A stretch of DNA of 64,000 bases, taken from NCBI GenBank assembly GCA_964057225.1, contig OZ059899.1, forward strand, positions 16,182,001 to 16,246,000, in the 5' to 3' direction. Position 1 is the first letter of the stretch, and each line of letters opens with the position of its first letter. Shown one piece after another: positions 25,923 to 39,478 of this stretch. The DNA is from Auanema rhodensis (Eukaryota; Animalia; Nematoda). The position numbers were made by a program, and so were the translations under genes. The notes under the pieces are model-generated. The model was not told the origin of the DNA. It saw nothing but the letters and a program-made list of their open reading frames with translations, and did not search any database.

Positions 25923-27469
25923 TTAATCACAATCCATATCTTCGTAATCTCGATTTGTATTTCGAAAATCCATAAATGGATTCGGAGCAGGGGATGTAGT
26001 TGTAACTAAATTTCCAGGTATTATAGAGCTGCATGAAGGATAGCATAGAGATTGACCTGTAATAACATTCATAAATCTTCACATTATCGGTCAAAATTGA
26101 AGGTAAAGCTTGTGTGAAACTTACTGCAAGCAACGCTTTCGTCCTCTTCAGCCATAAAGTCTTGAGAAAAATCTTCACTTCGAGCTACAGATGAGTGTGA
26201 TTCAGAGGATCCCAACGAATTTCTAAAATGATGTGAAGTTGTTTCAGAATCGTATTTCTTCTTTCTCTCACCTGTAAATTCCGTCATCACCAAATCGCAA
26301 TGGTGTCTGTCGAGCGGATGGAGGCAGTGAAACAGACACTCCTTGTCTGAAAATGTAATTTTAAAAAAGTGGAAAAGTCAGACGACGTCAAGGTAACAAG
26401 GCAGATACTTGATAATGTTATAACTAATTATAATTCGATTTACCTTTTGTTATAATTAGTTAATGAATTACTACGTTTTCGTTTCGATGGAAAAGCTAAC
26501 ACACGACTTTGTCTTCTTGAAACACCAGCAGAATGCCGGAAGAAAAGTGGTTGAGGCCTGTTCACCTAAATAAAATAAAAATAAAATAAATTTCTGAGAA
26601 AATAATAAATTAAAAAAACAAGGAAACAAAAAGTGAGAAAAATAAATATTTAAAAACATTTTCCACGAATATATTACGTCATAAACTGGCAGTGACTTAA
26701 CGTTTCTCACATAAATTTGACGTGTACTTTTCATTTTACATTTGAAAACGCTCGTAATCGGTTGTTTATTGTTTGTTTGTATGATTGAATATTGAGAAAC
26801 GTGCTTCATTTTAATTTTTTGTTGTTTTGATCGTGAGATAGAGTAAAATCATCAACTTACAATTGTATCGAGGCTAGTGCTAGTGCATAACTGAGGAGAT
26901 TCATGATGTAGATTATCAGGCATAGTATCCGATGAGCAAGAGCAAGCATTAACTGATGCTGATGATAATGGAACAATGGGTGAAACATCACATGTGGACG
27001 GAACTGGTTCTAACTGAAAAAAATTACTTAAAAAAAACATTTTCGTGCGAATCTCGAAATAGTTTTGATTAGTTTTGGGTTTTCAGATAATTTTAGCAAT
27101 GATTTTCGTTTATGGGAGAATAATTACGAAAAAAAAGTTCAAAAATGAATGATCAACATCAAAATGAAAGCTCTTAAAGAAGAGTCTAAAGCTACTCACC
27201 TGGCACAAATCTAAAGCAGCGATTGTGTCTCGATTTTGCATCGAATGGAGGGGGTTCTGATCAGGGCGCAGGATGACGTCTTCAACAGCTCTTTTCAAAT
27301 CTCCAAGACGCATTTGAGCTGTTGTAGTAGTAGACACAGCTGTTGACGGTGTTCTGGATGACGTTGCAGTCGACGAAGAGGATGACGAAGATGACGAAGC
27401 AGAAGCCAAAGGATTCTCCATTGGCCATTTGATATGGTGATGTTCTGGCCCAGCAGCTGCTGTCATCAT
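25923..27469 (-). CDS. Hypothetical 264-aa Ser/Thr-rich, probably disordered protein
   Basis: Six GT-AG exons (27469-27200, 27013-26861, 26565-26501, 26346-26272, 26222-26125, 26056-25923) give a 795-nt open frame, MMTAAAGPEHHH...NRDYEDMDCD*. Donors include gtgagt, gtaagt and gtgaga; exon GC is higher than the surroundings. No family recognised. Confidence 0.75.
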
Positions 27470-30400
27470 CGAAATTTCGTTTTGGTATTTCGTTGGATTG
27501 CTCAGAAAAAGACTAGAAATTTGAAAATGACGAAATAAGGATGGCTGTCGTAGAAGTACTAGAAGATGAAACAGTAGTAGTAGTAGTAGCAGTAGAAGAA
27601 GACAAAAGAAAACGTATTTATGGTATAAATAGACAAAAAATTCTTATGAACTGAGTGACACGATCTGAAAATTAAATAAAATTAGAAATTTGTAAGTAAA
27701 ACATGACACAACAACATAAAAAGAAATTGAAAGTACGACAAGGACGAGTAATGCTATTGATAGAAGAAGTATATGAATGAATGAAGATGTGTGTATGTTT
27801 TTGAAAATTGAAAAGGAAATTAAAATAAAATTGTAAAATTTACATAAAATCATAATTAATTTTAGGAAAAGTAATAACGCTCTCAACGAAGAAAAACATA
27901 TTGAAATAAACATTTGTATGAAGGGAAGAGAATCAATGCCACATTCTATTGTTTTCAAAAACATTAACCAAAACATTTCTCTGTTAAAAGCCGAGAGAGG
28001 AATCATAAAATTAGAAAAAAATTATATTGGAAAGTTCAAATCACTTAGTGCTTAAGAGAGATTATAAGAGATTTGTCGAATAAAAAATTGTTCGTATAGG
28101 GTATAACTAGAAATGATTGAGTGTGGGAAAGACCAGATCGGAAACAAATCAAGCTATTATGGTAATATGCACGAATTTACCTATATTTGGAATGAAAAAC
28201 GACAGAAAATGAGTGAAAGATAGAGAGCAATAGAAAAAAAGAGCAGAGAGACGACTGAGAGCGAGGTGGAAAGGTTATAAAAAGAAGGACGGCAAAAGAC
28301 AAAAGATTCGAGAATCATGCGACAAGGTTTCTGTTCCTTATGATTTTCATGAACGATTCTAGTGAAAAAACGAAATATTAAAGTAATATTCATGAAAAAA
28401 AAACAAAATTTGAAAGATATGAAGCAGAAAAACAGAAAAAAATTAGAATCGACATAAGAAAATGAACTTACTCTATCTCGCAGGTAGTTTGAGTAGTGAG
28501 GGAGGTGGGAAAATTGAAGGAGATATGAATAGGTAGTAGTAGAAATAAAAATAAGCCTATATGAGTTTTTGGATCAGAGGGAAAAAGAAAAAGGATTCTT
28601 TAATTTTATTTGAAAAAATCAGATAAAAGCATTGAAATGCAATAAACAAGATTAAAAAAGGGTTCTAAAGTCAAATAGCGGTTGGGGGAAATTAATCAAA
28701 GAAATGTAAAAGTATAATTCACGAAAAGCTTACAAGTAAGGTTACTACACCAATACTAAAAGATTTCAGAAGCAGATAAGTAGAAGAAATTAAGCAATAC
28801 AGGTTGTGAAGCAATGAAGAACTATGAGAAGAGAATTTTCAAGCAAAATTGACGAAAACGCGCTATAAGAGTAATAATAAGTAAGGTAAGTGGGTAAAAT
28901 GAAATGAAAAAAATAATAATCACATAATTAAGGTAACTATATTATTGAATAAGAATAGAATTAAATAAATCAATTATGGAAAGGAATATTTTGCTATTAA
29001 AATGACGATAATAATAATAGAAATAATATAAAAACTAGCTGCAAATAGTATATAGTAGTTATAAGAGAAAGGGTAAGTAGCGACTGATTTGCTGCTCTAT
29101 CTGCCACAATGCATACTCTGAGGTTCAGAAATAGTTTTGCAAAAAGAGTTTTCGAACACAAAGAACAGAAATACACACAAAAAAAACGAAAAAGAAGTGC
29201 AAGCATCATGAATAATGTACAACTTTACTTCGTTATATATTCTATCAAAGAAGAATACAAAAATATTGTTAATAAGTCTACAAATGATAAAAATATGTTT
29301 GAAATTATTAGTTGATAAGTATCTATAATAATCTTCAATAAAGAAGAAAACAACAAATAACAAATTTCATAAAGATTTAATTATTTTCTTGTTCTCTTAT
29401 AAACAGTAATATTGAGAATATAAACGAAAATAGTTTTGAATTTTCAAAGAAAATCACACAAACACACTGAATATTGAATACAAATTGTTAGATAGCTCTA
29501 CACACGAGAACTATTTATGAGATTATAATTGAAGTTTAGATGCTGGCTTGAGACAGCGATCTGTATGTGTTATTGGAATAATTTGTTTAAATTTGGATGA
29601 GTTCGGGCGCCAAACACCACAAAACAACCGTTCGAAGCTGAGGCAATAAGTCAAAATGAAGTGCATCTGCTTTAGATCATAACAGCTATATGTCTGTATT
29701 CAAGGTATCATCAAGGGAATATTTTCTAAACTTCTATTTCACTTTCTCTGTGTCTCTCTATATGATTCGCTTTTCATCGATCTCCCTCATTTTCTCTTTT
29801 TTTTCCTCATTAATCTATAACTTTCGGTTACATCGTTTAAGCAGAAAATAACAAATAGAAATTAGAATAATTTTACGTAATCCACGTGAAATGTTTAAAT
29901 GAATACGTGGAAAACCAACATGTATCAGCCTTAAGAAAGCTCATTTAAGAACTATTATCTGATAGAAAGGGGTGTTTTCATAAGTAAGATATCAAAGCTT
30001 ACAGAGAAAAGAAGAAGTAAAGAGAAAGAGTGAAAGAGATAGAGGTTGAACAGAGTAAACTGATAAAGCAGTGAGGTTTTCGGCAGCATTTGCAGCTTCA
30101 TGCTACGGATAATCTGGTTGGATAAGATTGTGTCGACGTGCTATTGCTATTCTCATCCTGCTACAGCCTGCTATGCCACTTTCAAGTTTTAGTTCGAAAA
30201 AAAAAGAAGAAACAGAATGTATGTGTATAGGTTCAAAGGGTAAAGAATGAATGAAAAAGCTAGTATAAACGGAATGCTCAAGAAAAGCTGACAATCAAGC
30301 TGTAAGCTAAGAAACAATACTCGATTTAGGCTCAAACCATAGGAAAACTGTGTATTCCATGTCATCCAAGCTAGTATTCAATCAGTATTGGAGTTTGTTA

Positions 30401-31171
30401 GATAGAAAAGCTTTAGAAATTGAACAAACCAAAGCGGACTGCTTAAACCCAATTGAACAAGAGAGAAGATAAATAAGATTTGGGATTGATGTTGGAAAAT
30501 TATGAAAATGGATTGAAGAACAATGCTGCTCATGAAGCTGGTACCGATTGAAAAATGGCTAAAAAGATGATGAAATACTCAAAATCTGAATGACCAAAGA
30601 AGACAATTTTTTTAGAAATTCAAATAATGTAAATTCGACGTCGTGCAACGAACACGTGCTACAAAGCATGGCCAAATGCATTCTGTGCCTTCATAAGCTT
30701 TTTTCTAATTTGAATGTGGTAGTGTTCGTAAAGCTTATGGTGGAAGATTTTGATGCTTTTGCTGCCGGATTCAAGCTGAACTCACTATGACAATAGCAAG
30801 GACATGACGACGTCTAAATCGCCGACATCATGAACGAGCAAAGCAGTTCGCTTCTGAGCCAACTGCTGCTATTGCGGTTAAGAAGATGAAGCCTTAGACG
30901 ATCAAAGCGCAATGGAATAACCAAATAAGGCGAGTGTCTCTCACATGAAATCAATGATGAACCCAAATTGAACCAATTGCGTTTTAACCTTCATACATTC
31001 TGAAGGAGTGACACTAAAAATCTATCATAAAAATGTACTAAATGAGATTAAAAGAGCAAAAAAATCTTGTGAGTTTCTCTAAAAAATGCTTTAAAATGCC
31101 CGAATGTTTTTGAAATTTGCGAAAATTCATGTTAAAAGCAGTTGAAGACATGACTCTTCTTTCCTTTGTCC

Positions 31172-31173
<2 letters not shown>

Positions 31174-31247
<74 letters not shown>

Positions 31248-31260
31248 ATCCCTCACTCTC
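31174..31260. repeat. (CT)n microsatellite
   Basis: Long tctctc tract read directly. Confidence 0.9.
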
Positions 31261-32965
31261 TTTATTTATTTTTCGCTGATATCGTCATGTAAACTCAACA
31301 AATTAATCAAAAGCATTAAATCGTTTCAAATTATTTGATCTCGAAAAAATCCAAAAGATTTTGTTGCATTCATTTCACTTTTTTGGCTGAAATTTCTTGT
31401 TGTAAATCAAAATAATGTGAATAATAGAATTGTAAACGATGAAATGAGGTGGAGCACGAGGAAAAGGGAATGAAACATCAAAGTTTTGCTGTGTGGTTTT
31501 GGAAATTTCGCAATTGCAACAATCCTTATTTGCACATGTTTTGTTTTGTTGAATAGCAAAAAGGTAATGAATTAGAAGTCATGATGAGAATTACATTACT
31601 AAGAAAATGGTCTTATAACGAAAATGTTCCTTTTCTCAATGATTCTATTTTAAAATGTTTAATGTTGTTGATTGCTAAGAAACCAGTATAACTCGACGAA
31701 AAAGGCAAAAACGTTGGAGGAAGCCAGCTAGATAAAAGCGGAATTGGATTGGGATAGGAAAAATGATGGAATGACCCGAAATAGCCTCCAGAAAATTTGG
31801 AGAATTGAAGGGTGAACAGCAGAATAGGTAAAGCATACTTCGCTTGATCAACTTATATATACGTATGTGTCTATATACAATAAATATAATAAAATTATAT
31901 ATATTTATATTGAAGATATTTCAAAAATATGAAATAGAGGGAGAGAGCACGAGAGATGGAGGGATGAAGCTAGAACAGCAGCAGAATTGGACAACGGTCA
32001 AACTCAACTTTTTAGTTTTTGAGCTTTATCCATAGAAGCTTGGTAGTATGAACAGAAGGAAGCTAACACATGAATATGTGAACAAGCCATGAACAATGTT
32101 GGAAATATGACTGATTGAATGAGAAATGGAGAAAGAGAGAATGAGGTAGAGAGAGAATGATATAAAGGGAATATGAGATAAAGAAAGAGAGAAAGATTGA
32201 TAAGCCGTAATATATATATGTAAGGTATCCAAGTTTTTAATAAAGTTGGAAGATAAAACGTTGTTAAATATGATGAATAGAGATAATTGCGATACAAATG
32301 AGACATGATCACGATTAGCCATTAGATGCTTTTTATTTTGCAAAAAATATAAATATAGTTCATATTCTCAAATAGATATTTAAATAAAAAGAAAATTATT
32401 TTAAAGAATAAAAGGAAATTCGGCTGAGAGAGAGGGGATAGCTGATGAATTGAGAAAAGGAAGCCCTAGAAACTGAAGAAGTTATCTTCATCTCCAGGAA
32501 CAAGCAATAGCTTTGTCATGATCATCATCCGTCTGGCCAAAAAAAAACAAAAAAAGCAAAATGGGAACTGATCAGAACAAGTTAGGTTTTAGATGATGAA
32601 GGAACATTCGATGACAATTACGATGAAATAACAACGACGATCAGAATGATGATGATCATCATTATTCTGATAATGACGATGAGAATAGACAGTTCCAGCT
32701 GAGCAGAATTAGTAAAGGTGGTGTAGTGCATGTGACTTTTTGGGATTCATTACTTCTATTTCGAAAGGAAATATATGGAAATGAGAGAGAAATAGAGACT
32801 CAAATAGAGATTATGATAGATGTGCGAAGAAGTTGAACAGTATAATTAAAACAGAAAAAAGAACAACAAATATAAAAATGTTTGAACATGAACACTTAAA
32901 TGAACGAGATTTTGAACTATATAACGAGAAAAATGATCAATAAAAACTTTATTGCTAACATAACC

Positions 32966-33007
<42 letters not shown>

Positions 33008-33504
33008 AATTAAAAAATATATGTGAAATATAAATGTTGCGAAAATTATATGTAATGAAAAGAATAATTGGAAATATTTTAACAAGAAAAAAAGCTTAAA
33101 ATTTGGTCAAAAAAAGCGACAGAGAGATGAAACATTGAGTGACACAAAGCTTAGACAGCATGAAGGCGTAAGAGAAATGAGAAGAATTGATAAATGGAGA
33201 AAAGGGAGAAGAAATTTTTTTTAAAAAGAACAGCTGACATCCCATTGACTCGTTAGCTAAGCTTACAACTTATTATTATGTGAAAGCTAGAACATATAAG
33301 TTTGCATAGGTAAGCTATCAAACATGGGATGAAATGAGGTAATTTTTATGGAAAGTTCAAGAGAAAATTGAAAACGATACAGAGATAAGTAAAGGGAGAG
33401 TTTGTTGGATATATCAGAGAACAGAGAGACGAGGTGAAGCATTAGGACTTTCGTATAAAGTGAAAGATTAGGTGTGTGTGAAAATTGAAATGAATGACAA
33501 TCTC

Positions 33505-33507
<3 letters not shown>

Positions 33508-33555
<48 letters not shown>
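33508..33555. repeat. (GA)n microsatellite
   Basis: About 24 perfect GA units. Confidence 0.9.
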
Positions 33556-33559
<4 letters not shown>

Positions 33560-36500
33560 AAGGAAGAGAGAAGTCAGAGGAGAATTGAAAGAACAGTGAA
33601 GTGAAGGTAAGAGCCTGGAAGGAAATGACAATGATTACAGGGAAAACAAATGTAAGCTGTTGGCTAAATGCCAAACCGCAAAATGGAATGAACAGCCGTT
33701 CAACATCGCTTGACATGCATGAAATGAATCTGAGACCTATTACCATACATACGTGGCTTGATTTTCACGTAAAATTAGAATATTTGATAGCTATATGATA
33801 TGATTTGTGAAGGAAAGCTGAAAATAAAATAGAATGAAAGAGGAATAGAAAAGAGGACGACACGACAAATGTTGTATGATCGCTGAAAAATAAAAAAATG
33901 AGGAAAAGCAAGTTGATTATTGTGTTTAAACACAAGAAACATTAAAGATTGTGTATGTAAGAGTAATAATTTTGTGGATTTCAGGGGAGAAGAAGGCGAA
34001 AAACAAAGTTCTTGTGAAAGAAATGAAGCTAAAACTGAAGTTAGGATAAGAGTTCTTTCTTGAGCTATATACATACGAAATTTTGAAAGTTTCACGAATA
34101 CAATAGAAATAAAAGATATAGAGTGAGTCCAAACGGCTTCTGAATCCAGAACCAAAGTTTAGAATGTCAGATTGAGAAAAGCATAAACGAGGAGGAGCGA
34201 GCAGGGAAGATCTCTTGTTCCTTTTTTTTTTCTGGTCCTGACGCCGGCATGTTTAAACGAAGAGAAGTTAATTCAGGAGAAGAAGAATTTGACAATGTGC
34301 TGTAGAGAAATGACAAAACTGAATGTTTTTTAACTTCAGTTTGAACATGCTCGTCTAATGTCTCATGGGAAAATGCGTATAAGCACACATGCAAAAGATT
34401 TTCTGAAAATGAAAGTCCAAAGAGGGATAGGGACAACAAAAAAAAACTTCTTTGTTATATTCGATTATATTGACGAACATTAGGAAGATGATGCTGACGT
34501 CATGACAACAGAGCAAAATACAAGTAGATAGCACATAGATATTTTCTCTCTCTCTCTCTCTAAAGATATCACAAGAAATGAATATTAGAAGGATGAGCAT
34601 GTGTGTGTGTGTGAATAGGTCTGACCCAGCATAACTCGCACAGCTTGTTTAGTATATTCTATGCTCTACTTCTCTGTCAATCCTTCTATTAGCTCTTTCT
34701 CTTTCTCTCCCAGATTCAGTACCTCTATTTCTCTTACTATGAGATCGGATGCCTTCGTTCTCTCAGAGGGATATTTTTGAAGTAAAAAAACATGTAAATA
34801 AATTTATTAGAAAACAGCTATATGTTGATATATACATCCATACATAGAAAATATGAAAAAAATACGCTTGAAAGCTCAGTTCGAAAGCCTAACAATCAAC
34901 TTTCGTTTTGCTTTTCGTTTTTTTTTGGTTTCCTTTTCTTTACATTTGAAACATATCTGTTTTTCTTTTCTTTTCAAATAAAAAGTTTGGCCAAAAATAA
35001 TTTAAAAAATACAAAAAAAGATAAATTATATCATCACAATACACTATTATTATTTTTTTTTATTTAATTAAATAAAAAAAATATTAATTGTAATGTAAAT
35101 GAGAGGCGTTCTTTGTAATTTTGCAGCAGGGAATATAATAAATTTCCAAAAAATTGGAAAAATTGATGAGCATAAAGAAAGTTGAAAGGATTCTATTAAA
35201 AAAACTTGGAAAACTATTTATAGATATATAGATATATATAAATATAAATATATATAGATAGATGTTATATACGTGTGTAAACTGGGCAAAGATTGCAGAT
35301 TAAAGCAATACCTAGCATATTGATTTCAATTGCTTATAATCATTGAAAGACAATCAAAAATCATTTATATAATAATAAATATATAAATGTATTATTAGAA
35401 ATATTAGAAAAATCTTTTTTTTTTTCAAAATCTCAAACTAAAATTGCCTAGTTTTACATGTAATGCTCACTGGCAGTTGGTTTAATAACTGAAGTTATGA
35501 GAATCTATATAAGCATATAGGCTTTTGAGGTTTTATACACATTCAGAGGGATATGATACATACACAAACATTACATATATACGCAGGTTAAACAGGTTTT
35601 AAGCTTTCAGAAACTTTGTTGAGTTGGTGGGATGATGTTCAATGCTCAAAGCTCCGAGGAATAAGTTTGAATAGATAGATGGTTGAACAACTAGATTGTA
35701 TAATAGACAAGCACATAAACAAGGTATCTCTGTAACTATTCGATTAACTATACGGACATATAGTTAAGAAGACCAAGAGTATAGAACCTGTTGAATGAAC
35801 ATTGAAAACGGGGGCAAGGCCAAATTATGCTCCCGGGTTGGGTGGCCTAGCTGAAGGTAGGGGAGAAACATGTTGATGGTAAGAGGGGGGGGGTTAATGG
35901 AAAAGAGAGTGAATGAACAAAAAAATCTCCTTTTTTTTCTTTTCTTATCAAAGCGATTTACAGAAACGATGACGAAACGAAAAGGAAAGGAAGCAATAGC
36001 CAATTAGACTTTCAATTTTGAAATAGAATTTTGGAGAGACGGTCAGAGAAAATGAGAAAAAATGGTCAGAATAAGGGAGGAAGAAATGGAGAAGGAGGAA
36101 AAGAAGATAGAGAAGGAGATGGAAGAGCATTATCCCTTGCGTATATGTCTGTGTATGTGAAGAGATGAACACGAATATATATTGGATCAGTATTTTTGGA
36201 TGAAAAATATATAATTTCCTGAGAACAAAACCTGAGATTCTGAAAAAAAAGAAGAACATTGGTCGGACATGCATATATTGGACATATAGATAGATAGAAA
36301 GAAAGAGAGAATTGGGGATATAAAGGAATGAAAACGAGAGAGAGAGAGAGTTTTATTCAACTTAAGAGAGATCAATTATCTCTCCTAATTTTCTTTGTAC
36401 TTTCTCATTAAAAGAGCATTTTAGCATTTAAGGATAATTAAATAATATAATAAATAGTATGATACTAATAACTTTGATTACAAGCATTTAGCAATACAAC

Positions 36501-38141
36501 GTAACACAAGGGTTTTCAGATCTGACGCAAACGAACAGGGGAATAGCAGTATGTCTGTTTCTCTCTGTCAATTTGTGTCTTAGTCCTGTGTTCTGCCATC
36601 AGACTGACTGGAAAACGGTTCTGACACAGCAAACCATCATTCATTCTGCTTGGTCTAGCCCTAATATGGACATTTATCCTTTCCCATTCAACATTCGAAA
36701 GCTATTAGGAGGTTGAGCAATGAAGGAGAAAGCGCGAACGGAAAGTGCGAGAGGAACGTGGAGAGAAAGAGAGAAATAGAGAGAGATTGAAGGGTCAAAA
36801 CGAAAAATCAAGAGGGCAGACAGTGAGCATGTCTAAAGCCTCATTAGTCAGGGCTTCTGTTACATTCTGATCATAGAAATAACAATGAAGAGGAAATTGA
36901 GTAAGATTAAGAGAAGTAATGAGTTTGAATAGAAGAAACATAGGACTGTTTTAAGAAATAACAGACGTTTATTCCTTATATTAATCTATTCTGATGTTGA
37001 ATATTCACAAAAACCTCGAACTTGATGTCAAACTGTGTCATCAAAACTCTCAATGATCTTCCTGTTCTTGTAACATTGATTGACAAGTAAGCTAGACAAT
37101 GAACCATGCAAAAAAGGAATAGAAAAAGATAGAAAAGAGAAGATAAAGAGATAGAAAGATAAAGATTTTGATATAGTTAATAACTATATAATATAGATAT
37201 AATAGTAATCAGTAATATAGAAAAGTTGGTAATGCTAGTGATGAGTGAATATCTTCTTATAGACGTTTTTCTCATAAATATAGCCTGAAATATAAAAATA
37301 TTTATATGGACTTCATATAAATAAATAATATATAATGTATGATTAATTATACAAATTGAAAGAAATATTAAAAACAAAATGAAAATAGCTATATTGAGTG
37401 AGTAGACGAATATGAACATTTGTCTTAGCATCTCAAAGATGTTGCTTACAACTTGGGACATCAAAGCTAAGTCTAAGGTGCAAGAGGTTCATGCAATAAA
37501 CAACCATGATGATGATGTTGAATAAAATGAACGATATGAGTGCTAAGTAAGTTGAAGTTCTTAGATGGAACAAAGAAATGACTCTTTTCATGGAAATGCT
37601 TATTGGGAATGAGCTTAATGAAAGTTGAAGACGATGCTTGTTGTTAGCTTCAATGCAGATAGCTAAGACGTATCTGAGGAAGGGTACATACACTACGATA
37701 AATACTAAAGATTTAGAACAATTCCCTATTAATATGATAGAATTATACTATATATATATATAATATTTGTTGTGTAGTACAGTAAGCTAGATATATGATG
37801 AATATGTGTTGCAAGAAGAAATTATTTCATCATCTAGTTAGCAATAAAAACGTTCTACTTAACTATAATAACGACAATAATATAACTATATGTATATATG
37901 AGGGGGAGAAGTGAGAGAAAATAAAATGAATGAGCAGATCAATAGTTCAACCGAAAAGTCTATTATATTATTAGTAAATGGAATTGTAATTATGAGTCAA
38001 TTCTGCACACGTGGAAAAGTCACGTGAAATTAGAATATAATATAGTTAGTTGTAGTTAAAGGATTGATGTATAAGGTGGAGAGAGGTATTGAATTTAAAC
38101 ATAGAGTGAAATAGAATTATATAAAGGGAATAGGAAAGAGT

Positions 38142-38154
38142 GAGAGAGAGAGAG

Positions 38155-38202
<48 letters not shown>
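38142..38202. repeat. (GA)n microsatellite
   Basis: About 30 GA units with one GC interruption. Confidence 0.9.
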
Positions 38203-38205
<3 letters not shown>

Positions 38206-38667
38206 AATACTGGATAGATTAGGGTACTTTGCTTGAATTCTGAAGAGGAATTACATTGAAAAATTGTTATTCATCATAAGAATAACAATATTAATTATTA
38301 TATTTGAAAAGAAACTAAAATATTGACGAGATTAACGTTAATTTTCCATTTTTTGACACATTCTAGAAGCAGTAATAAATATATACAATACTAAAATAAA
38401 ATTAGAAAGAATACTAAGTAGAAAAAGGAAATTTAGAGAAAATTATTGCAGAAAAAGGGAAAATGGAAGGAAAGATTGATATCGATGAGCGTAATGTGAG
38501 AGCTGAGCAGACAGAAAAAGAGGAACAAAGGTAGACTCAGATAGAAATGGAGAGAGAGAGAACGCAATAGAGGGGGTAATTGAAAAAAAGTGAAAATAAG
38601 GTGAAGCATGTACCTGTTGATCAGCTATGTATGGAGTGTAGTTCAATTGTGTTGCCTTTGAACTCTT

Positions 38668-38730
<63 letters not shown>
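38668..38730. repeat. (CT)n microsatellite
   Basis: About 31 TC units with one interruption. Confidence 0.9.
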
Positions 38731-38732
<2 letters not shown>

Positions 38733-39426
38733 AACTGTTCTAAAGAAAAAACGTTCTTTGTGTCTAGGTTTTTCATGAAAAAATACTTCCACCTCTCGTG
38801 CATTCTTTACCAAATTAAAATAAAATTAGATGAGAATTGAACAAAAAAAAGAAGTTAATTGGGCGGAAAAAATTGAAAATCTTGACCATTGAGCAGTTGG
38901 TATAAATATAAACTTTTCCATAATTAAATGAAATAGAAGAATAAAATATAAAGTTAGTTGTTTGTAAACGTCTTCAAATAATTCCAAAAATATTTGAGGA
39001 AAAGCAATATATTGATAAATCATTTAGGAAAGATATATATGGACGGAGAGAGGAAAGGAGAGAGGAAGAGTGAAAGCGACAGATAGCAAGTGATGAATGT
39101 ATGTGTGGGAAAAAGCGGCTTCATAGCAATAAAAGAAAATATTTGGCTGTTGAAAGAAAACATCTGAAAATTGAAAAAGATAAAAGACAAATATAGAAGA
39201 GTAGCAGTTAATTGGTGGAAAAAGATAAGAATAAGAAGCTAAAAAACGAGAAAGGATGAATGATGGGTCTGTGTGAACATGCGAAAATGCAGCACTAGTT
39301 GCCGAAATGCAAAATATTACATGATGATTCAGGAAAATTGACAGAACGGAAAAGGACAGTGTGTCATAGATACAAATATATGTAGCTATTGGTGGAACTG
39401 GCCATCATGAAGAGCAGCATAGATAT

Positions 39427-39478
<52 letters not shown>

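Noticed and set aside
25923-27469. Idea that these exons are the N-terminus of nhr-6
   Set aside because: The spliced frame ends in its own stop at 25923, and nhr-6 has a separate in-frame start at 18633 preceded by an in-frame stop.
30590-30960. GC-richer patch with short ORFs on both strands
   Set aside because: No frame stays open with convincing splice sites; it may be regulatory or a non-coding exon, but this cannot be supported.
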